From contig OY969695.1 of the NCBI GenBank assembly GCA_963701965.1, forward strand, positions 4,320,001 through 4,384,000: a DNA stretch of 64,000 nt, read 5' to 3'. Of this stretch, positions 11,664 to 20,419 are shown one piece after another. Source of the DNA: an uncultured Gemmatimonadales bacterium. Lineage in GTDB: Bacteria > Gemmatimonadota > Gemmatimonadetes > Gemmatimonadales > Gemmatimonadaceae. Every line of letters starts with the position of its first letter. Within the stretch, counting starts at the first letter, position 1. Under the pieces are notes generated by a model. The model did no database searches. It was not told the DNA's origin and saw nothing but the letters and a program-made list of their open reading frames with translations. The position numbers were made by a program, and so were the translations under genes.

Positions 11664-13754
11664 ATGACGACGGCGTGGCGGCCACCGGATACCGACGACG
11701 TCCACGATACGCTCCTCGAGTTCAACGCCCACGTGTTCGAGCTGGCCCGGCATCCCCGCACGCCGCTCGGCGAGCGGGTGCGGTTCCTGACGATTCTCGG
11801 CAGCAATCTCAATGAGTTCTTCACCGTGCACGTCGGCGAGGCGAAGGCCTGGCTCGCCGCCCAAGGCGCTTTCGGGGCCGATGGCGGCCCGCGCGCGGCG
11901 AGCGTCCAGGCATTGATCCGCGAGACCATGCAATCGGCGCGGGCGGCCGGCGCGCTGTTGCGGGGCGCGCGCGAGTGGTTTCGGAACGAATGCCGGCCGG
12001 CGTGCGCGGCAGCCGGGGTGCGGCTGCACCAATGGGATGAGCTCACCGATACATCGCGCGCGGCGGCCGCCGCGTTCTTCGACGCGCAAGTGCGACCCGC
12101 GCTCGGCAACGGGGTCCCGCTGCGTCCGGTGGGCCCCGACGGCCAGGGGATGCCGCACCTTGCCTCATTGGCCCTCGCCTTGGTGGTGACCGCGGATACC
12201 GACGACGCGCTGTACGTCATCCCGATTCCCGCGACGCTCTCACGGGCGGTGGAACTCATCCCCCATGCCGAATACATGGGACTCGAGGACTTGATCCGGG
12301 CGCACGCGGGGGTCCTGACGCCGGCCGGAGCCGGAGCGCACGCGTTCGTCGTCCGCGTGACGCGCGCGTCGGACACGCGACTCGGCCGGTCGCCGGCCGG
12401 TGATCCCGTCGAGACCGCGCGGGCTCTCCTGGCGCGGCGTGAGATGGCGCCGGTCGTGCGATTGGAAGTGAACTGCGCGATGCCGGACGCCGTCCGGAAG
12501 CGACTGCTGGTGCTCTTCCGCGCCGAAGCCCAAGCGGTCGGCGTGGAAGGGTCGACCCTCGACGCGTGCGACGTGTTCGAGACCGATGGCCCGGTCGTCT
12601 CGCTGGAGGGGCTGGATCGCGTGGCGTCCATTCCACGCACCGACTGGGGTTACCCCGCGTTCGCGGCCCGGACGCCGGTACCGGTGGAGCAGTCCCTGTG
12701 GGAGCGCCTGGGAAGCGGCGACGTGTTCGTGCATTTCCCGTACGACGCGTTCGCGTCCTCGATCGCACGGTTCTTCGACGAAGCCGCCGACGATCCGGAC
12801 GTCGTGGCGCTCCGGAGCACGATCTATCGGACGGATCGACACTCGCCGGTCGTCGTCGCCCTGGCGCGGGCGGCCCGGGCCGGAAAGGATGTGCTGGTCG
12901 TCGTCGAGCTGATGGCGCGGTTCGATGAGGCGAGCAATCTCGATTGGTCGCGGCATCTCTCCGAAGCCGGATGCCGCGTGGTGCACGCGCCGCCGGGTCT
13001 CAAGGTGCACGGCAAGATCGGGCTGGCGATCCGGCGCGAGGGTGGCGCCAACCGCGGCTACGGTTTCGTGAGCACGGGCAACCTCAATGCCGTGACCGCG
13101 ACCCGCTACACCGACTTTGCTCTGTTGACGGCGCGCTCCGACCTGGTCGGGGAAATCGCGACGGTGTTCGATGAAATCGGCTCGGGCGATATGAGCAACC
13201 GGTACACGCGACTGCTCGTCTCACCCACGACCATGCGGACCGCGTTGATCGCCCTCATCGAGCGCGAGGCATCGCGCGGCGCCGCGGGCCGCATTCGCGC
13301 CAAGCTCAATGGCCTCAATGACGATGATATCATCGAGTCCCTCTATGCCGCATCGCGGCAGGGGGCGCGGGTCGACCTCGTGGTGCGCGGCCTGTGCCAG
13401 TTGCGGCCCGGCGTCCCCGGCTTGTCTGATCACATCACCGTCTCCAGCATCGTCGGCCGGTTTCTGGAACACGGACGCATCTATGCGTTTGGGGGCGCGG
13501 GCGGCCCCATCGACTATTACATCGGTTCGGCGGACTGGCGCACCCGCAACATCGCGCATCGCGTGGAGGTGGCGGTGCCCGTCGAAGATCCGGACGCCCG
13601 CCAGCGGATCGAGGAACTGCTCGAGGCCGAGCTGACCGATCCCACGCGCTTCGTCATGCGGACGGATCGTTCGTATGGGCGGGCCGAGACCGACGCCGAG
13701 AGCGTGCAGGAGCGCTGGGTGTCCGGACTGCGTCAGCCGCCGGCGCTGGTGTAG
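11664..13754 (+). CDS. ppk1: Polyphosphate kinase 1
   Basis: NLNEFF, VHFPYDAF, TIYRT, VELMARFDE, LKVHGK (phospho-His), GRFLEHGR, GSADWRTRN..RVEV. Confidence 0.92.
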   Translation: MTTAWRPPDTDDVHDTLLEFNAHVFELARHPRTPLGERVRFLTILGSNLNEFFTVHVGEAKAWLAAQGAFGADGGPRAASVQALIRETMQSARAAGALLRGAREWFRNECRPACAAAGVRLHQWDELTDTSRAAAAAFFDAQVRPALGNGVPLRPVGPDGQGMPHLASLALALVVTADTDDALYVIPIPATLSRAVELIPHAEYMGLEDLIRAHAGVLTPAGAGAHAFVVRVTRASDTRLGRSPAGDPVETARALLARREMAPVVRLEVNCAMPDAVRKRLLVLFRAEAQAVGVEGSTLDACDVFETDGPVVSLEGLDRVASIPRTDWGYPAFAARTPVPVEQSLWERLGSGDVFVHFPYDAFASSIARFFDEAADDPDVVALRSTIYRTDRHSPVVVALARAARAGKDVLVVVELMARFDEASNLDWSRHLSEAGCRVVHAPPGLKVHGKIGLAIRREGGANRGYGFVSTGNLNAVTATRYTDFALLTARSDLVGEIATVFDEIGSGDMSNRYTRLLVSPTTMRTALIALIEREASRGAAGRIRAKLNGLNDDDIIESLYAASRQGARVDLVVRGLCQLRPGVPGLSDHITVSSIVGRFLEHGRIYAFGGAGGPIDYYIGSADWRTRNIAHRVEVAVPVEDPDARQRIEELLEAELTDPTRFVMRTDRSYGRAETDAESVQERWVSGLRQPPALV

Positions 13755-14521
13755 CGGCGGAGCGCGCTCGACCACAGCCACCGGGTGAGTCCGAGCGCGA
13801 TCGCGGCCACCAGGACGGCAATGAGCGCGATGCGCGGCGGGTACTGTCCGGTCAGCGCGGCCGCCGGAACCGTAGTCGTCCACGCGATCGGCAGGAGATA
13901 CACGAACAGGATGCGCAGGGCGCCGGGGTAAGCCGACACCGGATAGCGCGCCGCTTCGTACACGCTGTCGAACAGGACGGAGAGATTTTCCACGGCGACG
14001 AACCAGAATGCCGCGCTCATGAGGGTCAGCCACAGGGCGTAGACGAGCGCCGCCGCGGCGATGAACGTGATGCCGAACGCGGCGATCTGGACCACCGATG
14101 GCGCATGGCCCGATGCGCGCCACGCCGCGTAGCCCGCGATCGCGAGGCCGGCAATGACGTCGGCGAATCGCCACACGTCGAGCCGGCGAAACGTCGTGTA
14201 CAGCTGGGCATCGACGGGCCGGGTGAGTACGAGGTCGAGCGAGCCGGTGCGCACGGCGCTCGCGAGTTGACCAATGCCCGGCCGGAAGATCGCTTCGACG
14301 AGACCGGCCAGCGCGTTGAATACGCCGAGCAGCACGACGACCTGCCAGTAGCTCCAGCCGCCGAGACGTGTCGCGTGACTGAAGAAGAGGCCGAGCGTGA
14401 GCAGCGCCGTCAGGAGCCAGAACGCCGTGCCCAGCAGGCTGGCCACGAAGTTGCCCCGGTACTGCAGCTCTTCGGCCGCGTTGACGCGCCACAGCGCGGC
14501 GAGCACGCGCCACGTGATCAT
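13733..14521 (-). CDS. ABC-2 family exporter permease
   Basis: ATG at 14521. ELQYRGNF, VRTGSLDLVLTRPV, ARYPVSAYP, RRYTSAGG. Confidence 0.88.
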   Translation of the reverse strand: MITWRVLAALWRVNAAEELQYRGNFVASLLGTAFWLLTALLTLGLFFSHATRLGGWSYWQVVVLLGVFNALAGLVEAIFRPGIGQLASAVRTGSLDLVLTRPVDAQLYTTFRRLDVWRFADVIAGLAIAGYAAWRASGHAPSVVQIAAFGITFIAAAALVYALWLTLMSAAFWFVAVENLSVLFDSVYEAARYPVSAYPGALRILFVYLLPIAWTTTVPAAALTGQYPPRIALIAVLVAAIALGLTRWLWSSALRRYTSAGG

Positions 14522-15321
14522 CCGCCCACGGCTCCATAGCGGCGAATGCCGCGCCACCAGACCAACCGGTACGCGCCCCACCACACCACGCACCAGAGGA
14601 TCTGCGCGGCGAATCCACTGGCCAGGACATCGGCCGAGCGGGCCGTCCCGGTGAGGACATCGGCGGGGAAGGCGAGCATCGACGGAAACCAGAGCCAGTG
14701 CGCGACGCGCTGGACGCCCGCGGGAAGAAGCGTGAGCGGCGCGATGCGACCCGAGAGAAAGAGCGCGACGCCGAATTGCAACTCCGTCAGCGCCGTCGCC
14801 CGCGTCGTCCAGAACGCGAGGAGGCCGATCGCATAGCCGTTGAAGAACCGGATCCACGCCGCCAGCGCCACGGCGGCGGCCGCCAGCGCCCACCGGCCCG
14901 GGGCGAACGGCAGGCGGGCCGCGGGCCACAGGGCGGCGATCAGCACCCAGGCGGCGACCACGAAGATGGCGGCGCGGGCTTTGTAGGCGATGTTGTCGGC
15001 GATCGCTTCGTGCACGGGACTGATCGGGCGCGCGATGCGAAAATTCATCTCGCCCTCGCGGATCCAACTGTCAATGTACCAGGCGTCCCACGCCGCGGTG
15101 AGTTGGCCGATCAGTGTGACCGCGAAGAAGTAGCGGGCGAAATCCGTCTGGTCGTACCCGCCGACCGCACCGCTCCCGGCGATCGACCACCAGATCCCGA
15201 GCGCGACGGTCGGTTCGGCGATGCCCCACAAGAACCAGATCGCAATGGTGGCGCGGTATTGCAGGTCGACCAGCCAAGCGGCCCGCAGCAGCGCGGCGTA
15301 GCGCTGGATCCACACCGTCAT
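14518..15321 (-). CDS. ABC-2 family exporter permease
   Basis: LQYRA, IREGEMNFRIARP, LSGRIAPL.LLP, GIRRYGAVGG. Confidence 0.88.
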   Translation of the reverse strand: MTVWIQRYAALLRAAWLVDLQYRATIAIWFLWGIAEPTVALGIWWSIAGSGAVGGYDQTDFARYFFAVTLIGQLTAAWDAWYIDSWIREGEMNFRIARPISPVHEAIADNIAYKARAAIFVVAAWVLIAALWPAARLPFAPGRWALAAAAVALAAWIRFFNGYAIGLLAFWTTRATALTELQFGVALFLSGRIAPLTLLPAGVQRVAHWLWFPSMLAFPADVLTGTARSADVLASGFAAQILWCVVWWGAYRLVWWRGIRRYGAVGG

Positions 15322-16292
15322 TCGCGGAACGCCAGTTGGATCACTTCCTCAATGGGCGGGTCTTCGACCACGAGATCGGTGACGGGGACGGCGGCCAGCA
15401 ACCGCGCGCTGATCGCCGCGGCCTGGTCGCGCGGAATCTCCAGCTGGGCGCGCGGAAACGTGAAGTCGATGACGGTGCCGAACCCGGCGAGTTGCTGTCG
15501 CGTCACGCCGTCGCCGAGGACGAGCGCGAGCCGCTTGATCGGCTTGAGCCGCGCCGCCAGGGCGTCGAGCGCGCCATCGTACAGCAGGCGGCCGCGGTTC
15601 ATGGTGAGGACGCGCGACGCGAGCGCGGTCACGTCGGCCATGTAGTGCGACGTGAGCAGGATCGTCGCGCCGTGGCGATCGCGATACGCGGACAGGAACG
15701 CGCGGACGGCCGCTTGCGCGGTGAGGTCGAGGCCCAGGGTCGGCTCGTCGAGGAACAGGATTTCGGGCTGGTGGAGCAGGGCGGCGGCCAGCTCGCATTT
15801 CATCCGTTCGCCGAGCGAGAGCTGCCGCACGGGTTTGTCCACGATGTCGGCCAGGTCGAGGAGCGCGATCAGCTCGTCGCGGCGTGCCCGATACTCGGCG
15901 GCGCCGATCGCGTAGATCGCGCGATTGAGTTGGAACGTCTCGTCAGCCGGGAGGTCCCAGAGCAGCTGTTGTTTGTTGCCCAGCACGAGGGCAATGCGCC
16001 GCTTGAACGCCGACCGGCCGGCCGCGGGATCGAAGCCCGCGACGCGGACGTGGCCGCTGGTCGGGAACAACAGCCCGGTGAGCATCTTGAGCGTCGTCGT
16101 CTTGCCGGCGCCGTTCGGCCCGAGGAACGCCACGATCTCCCCGGGCTCGATCGAGAACGAGACGTCGGCCACGGCCTCGACCGACCGGTACGTCGGTCGC
16201 GCCAACGCGACGATCGCGCTCCAGAGACCCCTGGCCCGCACCTTCACCCGATAGACCTTGCCGAGTGTCTCCGCGACGATGATCGGTGGCAT
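15318..16292 (-). CDS. ABC exporter ATP-binding subunit
   Basis: Walker A GPNGAGKTT, signature LSLGERMK, Walker B ILFLDEP, TSHYM. ATG at 16292. Confidence 0.95.
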   Translation of the reverse strand: MPPIIVAETLGKVYRVKVRARGLWSAIVALARPTYRSVEAVADVSFSIEPGEIVAFLGPNGAGKTTTLKMLTGLLFPTSGHVRVAGFDPAAGRSAFKRRIALVLGNKQQLLWDLPADETFQLNRAIYAIGAAEYRARRDELIALLDLADIVDKPVRQLSLGERMKCELAAALLHQPEILFLDEPTLGLDLTAQAAVRAFLSAYRDRHGATILLTSHYMADVTALASRVLTMNRGRLLYDGALDALAARLKPIKRLALVLGDGVTRQQLAGFGTVIDFTFPRAQLEIPRDQAAAISARLLAAVPVTDLVVEDPPIEEVIQLAFRE

Positions 16293-16463
16293 GCGGAAGT
16301 ATGGCCCTCGCTGTCGCCGCTGGGATACGCGGAGTGCCCTCCGCCGAGGACAGCCTCCTCGACCCAATGGATGCGTGCATGGCATAACTGGCGACAGAGC
16401 AAACGGTTAGATAGGGGCGGATAACGGTTGCGCTAGGCGCGAATCTCGCTTCGCGCCCTTGGC

Positions 16464-16781
16464 ATGAGCGTGTCGACGGAAACCTGCGCCGCGCTGCGCT
16501 CGGCAATCATCGACCAAGTCACCAAAGATCCCGAGCCCGAGTTGGCCGCCCTGGACGATGTGATCCGGCGGCTGACCAGCGAGGGGCACGATCAGCACTT
16601 ACGGGTCGAGCAGTTGCTCTTGGTGCTCAAGTCCTGCTGGCACGATCTGCCATTGGCCATCCGTCGGTTGCCGCGGGCGCACCCCGACGTTCTTCTCGAC
16701 CGCATGGTCCAAGGCTGCATTCGCTCGTACTACGCCAATGCGCGCGTCCCGCGCCGTTCGGGTCGCATCAGCCGGACCTGA
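16464..16781 (+). CDS. Small helical hypothetical protein
   Basis: 105-aa ATG ORF (EQLLLVLKSCW...MVQGCIRSYY). Confidence 0.6.
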   Translation: MSVSTETCAALRSAIIDQVTKDPEPELAALDDVIRRLTSEGHDQHLRVEQLLLVLKSCWHDLPLAIRRLPRAHPDVLLDRMVQGCIRSYYANARVPRRSGRISRT

Positions 16782-16784
16782 CGT

Positions 16785-17114
16785 GTGAGCGCGAAGGGTG
16801 CGACTGCCACGGTCTTCGGGTTCGAGCGCGGCGAGTACGTCGACGGGTTCCGGCGCTTGGGGCTCACACTCGACGAAGCGCTCGCGCTCGCCGATCAGTT
16901 GTTCGCGTGGTCACCGCCCCATGTCGCCGCTACGTCCGAGGCATCGATCGCGATCGCGCTCGATCCGGACGTGCTGGCCGCGCTGTCGCTGGTGAGCATG
17001 CGCTGTGACCGGCAGATTCGCGCCGCGCTCGATGCGCTCCCGCCCGCCGCGCGCGCCGGCACGGTGCTCCGGTTCCGGCGTGCACGACTGCAGCTCGGCG
17101 GGCGCGCCGAATAG
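16785..17114 (+). CDS. Hypothetical protein
   Basis: 109-aa GTG ORF directly after the previous gene, followed by a small hairpin (17116-17133). Confidence 0.5.
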   Translation: MSAKGATATVFGFERGEYVDGFRRLGLTLDEALALADQLFAWSPPHVAATSEASIAIALDPDVLAALSLVSMRCDRQIRAALDALPPAARAGTVLRFRRARLQLGGRAE

Positions 17115-17162
17115 GGGAAACGCCGTCGTTTCCGTAGTGAGCGCATTCTCATAACTTGGGGC

Positions 17163-18665
17163 ATGTTCTTCTGCCGAGGCGGGGAGTCTCACGCCTGGAC
17201 GGACTCCGATGATGCGGCCAAGTGTTGCAACGGCTATGTGAGGGCCGTGCGTGTCGCCCGTGACGCGGGCGGACACGTCGAGTTGGTCTACTACTGGCGC
17301 CCGTCCGCACCCGCGGCTCCCGCGCCGCGGACCGAGACCGCCGCGGCCGGCATCGCCGGCACGGTGACCCCGCGCGCGCCGTCGCCGGTGCTGACGGTGA
17401 GCGATGGCGCGGCTCGCTCGCACGGGACGGAAAGGACAGACGGGCAGGACGACGGCGCGTTGCGTCATGTCGCGTTCTTTCGCGCGCTGGGCGCCACGGA
17501 GGCGGGGACACCCGAGTGGGAAGCGACATCGGCCGGTCTGGTCGTGCTGCGACTGCTCGACCGGTGGGCCTGGCGCCACATTCCGGAGCGGGCGCCGACG
17601 TTTCGCGAGTTCGTCACGGTGCGGCGCGCCATCGCGCGCGTGCCGGCTGGCCCGGTGCGCGATGCCCTGGAGCTGTTGGCGGCCGCGGTCTCGGTGTTTT
17701 CCGGATCGCGGCCGGCGCCGGTGAACGATTGCCTCATGACGTACGCGCACGCGCTGCGCGATGCGGCGCAGTGGGGCCTCGCGGCCAATGTGTACGACAC
17801 GATCGTCGGCAACGCGCAGGGGACGGCGGCGGCCGCGCTCGTGCCGGAGTGCGCGGTGCGCGCCGCGTTCTGTCTCCGGATGTTGGGGCGGCTGGACGAC
17901 GCGGAGGCCGCGTATCGGCGGGGATTCGAGGTCGCCACGGAAAGCGGTGACCGGCGCAGCGCGCTCCTGGCGCGCATCGGTCTGGCGAGTGTGACCGCCC
18001 GCCGGGGCGCGCTCGCGGACGCGGAGCAGTTGCTCAATGACGTGATCGGAGAGGCGGCGGGGACGGGTCTCGACGCGGTACGGGCCGCGGCGTTGCACGA
18101 TCGTGGCGGCGTTGCGGTCCTGCGGCGGGAGTACGAGGCCGGGGCGCTGCTACTATATGAAGCCTTCGCGCTGTACCAGGATGCCGCGAACCGGGACCGC
18201 GCGCTCAACGACCTGGCGACCGCGTTGGCGAGCCTTGGCCTGCGCGGGGCGGCGCGGGACGCGTACTTCGTCCTGCGCGCGACGTCGAATCAACAGGATC
18301 TGCGGTGGTGGGCTGGGCTCAACCTCATGCGGTTGGCGGTCGGCGACCGGAATGAGGCGGAGTTCGAGCAGTATCGCGGCTTTCTCGTGGCGGAACGGTT
18401 GACCGGAACGCATGCGGCGCACTACGAGCTGTTTGTGGGTGAGGGCCACCGCGCGTTCGGACGGCGCGAGCGGGCGCGCAGCGCCTTCACGCGGGCGGTG
18501 GAGTTGGCGCGACGGTTTCGCGTCCCGTCGGTGCTGGCCAGCGCCGAGGCGGCGCTGGTAACTCCGGAGTCGGCGGCCGGGCGCCCGAGTTCGGAAGACG
18601 CGCCGGCCGGGGCGGTCGCGCGGATCGTGACCGCCATGCGTGCGCTGGCGGGCGCCGCGTCGTGA
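17163..18665 (+). CDS. TPR-like alpha-solenoid protein (paralog of 29392..30513)
   Basis: Repeated helical pairs (AFCLRMLGRLDDAEAAYRRG; LASVTARRGALADAEQLL; ALHDRGGVA). Start uncertain. Confidence 0.7.
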   Translation: MFFCRGGESHAWTDSDDAAKCCNGYVRAVRVARDAGGHVELVYYWRPSAPAAPAPRTETAAAGIAGTVTPRAPSPVLTVSDGAARSHGTERTDGQDDGALRHVAFFRALGATEAGTPEWEATSAGLVVLRLLDRWAWRHIPERAPTFREFVTVRRAIARVPAGPVRDALELLAAAVSVFSGSRPAPVNDCLMTYAHALRDAAQWGLAANVYDTIVGNAQGTAAAALVPECAVRAAFCLRMLGRLDDAEAAYRRGFEVATESGDRRSALLARIGLASVTARRGALADAEQLLNDVIGEAAGTGLDAVRAAALHDRGGVAVLRREYEAGALLLYEAFALYQDAANRDRALNDLATALASLGLRGAARDAYFVLRATSNQQDLRWWAGLNLMRLAVGDRNEAEFEQYRGFLVAERLTGTHAAHYELFVGEGHRAFGRRERARSAFTRAVELARRFRVPSVLASAEAALVTPESAAGRPSSEDAPAGAVARIVTAMRALAGAAS

Positions 18666-19495
18666 CAATGCGGGTCGAGTTGGGACGGGAGGCGGCGCCG
18701 ATGGACGTGGCCTTCGCGCTGCCGCCCGCGGGCGTCATCGCGTTGCTGTCCGATCGCTTGCTGCAGACGCTCAAGGTCGTCGTCGCCGGGCGCCACAATG
18801 TGATCGCCGTCGAGACGCTCGCCGAGCTGGACGCGGTGCTCCGGGCCGGGGTCGCGGATTGCGTAGTGGTGGACCCGCAAGGGCCGGGACGGCCGGGGGC
18901 CCAGAGTCTGACGCCGCTCTTGGCGCGGTATCCCGGGGTCCATGTGGTCGTGTATACGACTCTGACCGCGGCGTCAATGCACGACGTCGCGGCAATGGGG
19001 TTGCGCAATGTGGTGCTGTTCAACTGCGACGATCGGACGGCCTATTTCCGCGACTTGTTGGAGACGGCGCCGTCGGCGGCGTTGACGGACTCGGTACTGG
19101 CGCACATCGCGCCGGCGCTCTCGCAGTTGCGGCCGGAGTTGCGCCACGCGATCGCCGAATTGTTCCGTGCGCCGGAAACAGTGCGAACGGTCGAAGCCAT
19201 GCGCCGGATCGCCGGGCTCTCACGCATGACGGTCGGGCGCGCGTTGACGCGGGCCGGGCTCGTCTCGCCGGGGCCCATGATGCGGGCGGCGCGGGTGCTG
19301 CGGGTCTACCACTATGTGCGCCGTGGCGGTCTGCGGCTCAAATGGATCGCGCCGCGCCTTGGCTACAGCTCGCCGCGCAAGCTCGCCGACGAGTGCAAAG
19401 CGGTCGCCGGTTTGACGCCGAGGCTGCTGGTCAAGACGGTCGAGCCCGAGGAGTTCGCCGCGTACGTGGCGCGCCGACTCCAGCGCGGGTACTGA
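18662..19495 (+). CDS. AraC-type HTH regulator with N-terminal receiver-like domain
   Basis: DCVVVDP...VVVYT receiver-like region; C-terminal IAPRLGYSSPRKL...VAGLTP matches the AraC second HTH. GTGA overlap with the upstream gene. Confidence 0.75.
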   Translation: MTMRVELGREAAPMDVAFALPPAGVIALLSDRLLQTLKVVVAGRHNVIAVETLAELDAVLRAGVADCVVVDPQGPGRPGAQSLTPLLARYPGVHVVVYTTLTAASMHDVAAMGLRNVVLFNCDDRTAYFRDLLETAPSAALTDSVLAHIAPALSQLRPELRHAIAELFRAPETVRTVEAMRRIAGLSRMTVGRALTRAGLVSPGPMMRAARVLRVYHYVRRGGLRLKWIAPRLGYSSPRKLADECKAVAGLTPRLLVKTVEPEEFAAYVARRLQRGY

Positions 19496-19662
19496 TGCCG
19501 GGTCGTCACGGCGCGCTCGTCTGTTTCGGCACCCCGGTGCGTCATTCGCAAATTTTGCGTCTTAGTGCGCCGAAACGGGCGGCCGTGTATTGCAGTGTGA
19601 CAGTTTGGGCAGCATACTGACGCTACAGGCAGTCAGCGAGAGTGCGCCGCTGATCGTTTTGC

Positions 19663-20022
19663 GTGTCGCTCACACCCGAGTTGATGCTCGCTGCGCTGTT
19701 TCGGCGTGGTCCCTCGCCGTCGCGGCTACCAGTGCCGCTGTCGTCGGCCGTGCGGTTGACCGGCGCTCGCCACGTGTCGCGCGCGACGCAGCATGGCGAG
19801 ACGGTGCTGCTCGACCGGCACGGTGGCGTCTACTACGCGCTCAACGAGAGCGGGGCCTTCATCTGGGAGATGCTGCGCGGCGGGACGACGTTCGCGGCGA
19901 TCGTCGAGGCGCTCGACGAACGGTATGACGCGCCGCGGGCACAGCTGACGGACGACGCGCGGGCGCTGCTCGACGCGTTGCTGGCCGCGCGTCTGGTGGA
20001 GGCGGAGGGCGCTCCGGCATGA
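19663..20022 (+). CDS. Lasso peptide B1: PqqD-family RiPP recognition element
   Basis: ETVLLDRHGGVYYALNESGAFIWEML...IVEALDERYDA...LLDALLAARLV. Start could be 19681 or 19684. Confidence 0.92.
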   Translation: MSLTPELMLAALFRRGPSPSRLPVPLSSAVRLTGARHVSRATQHGETVLLDRHGGVYYALNESGAFIWEMLRGGTTFAAIVEALDERYDAPRAQLTDDARALLDALLAARLVEAEGAPA

Positions 20023-20399
20023 AGCGGGTCGGTCTGCCGCAGGCGGCGTGCGTCGTGGTCGCCATCAAGGTGCTCTTGATGGTCTTGGGGTTTGCCCGGG
20101 TGCTGCGCCTGCTGGAGTGGCGCGTGCGGCGCAGCCCCGTGAACGCGGAGCCGGAGCGGCCGGCGGTCGAGGGCGTCGCGCACGCGGTGGTCGCGGCGGC
20201 GATCGTCGTACCGGCGCGCGTCGAATGCCTCGAGCAATCGCTCGCGCTCTGGTTCCTGCTGCGGCGGCGCGGCGTCGGGGCGGAACTGGCATTCGGCGTG
20301 CGGCAGTTTCCGTTTGGCGCGCACGCGTGGGTAACGTATCGCGGCGAGCCGGTGAACGAGGACGTGGACGCGCTGCGCCAGTACGCCGTGTTCGCCTGA
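20019..20399 (+). CDS. Lasso peptide B2: transglutaminase-like leader peptidase
   Basis: CLEQSLAL (catalytic Cys), L.FGV, FGAHAWV (catalytic His), GEPVNE. ATGA overlap with B1. Confidence 0.92.
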   Translation: MKRVGLPQAACVVVAIKVLLMVLGFARVLRLLEWRVRRSPVNAEPERPAVEGVAHAVVAAAIVVPARVECLEQSLALWFLLRRRGVGAELAFGVRQFPFGAHAWVTYRGEPVNEDVDALRQYAVFA

Positions 20400-20419
20400 C
20401 GCGCATGCCTGTGAGGCGT

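Noticed and set aside
19663..20022. PQQ biosynthesis (pqqD)
   Set aside because: No pqqA/B/C/E nearby; context identifies a lasso RRE.
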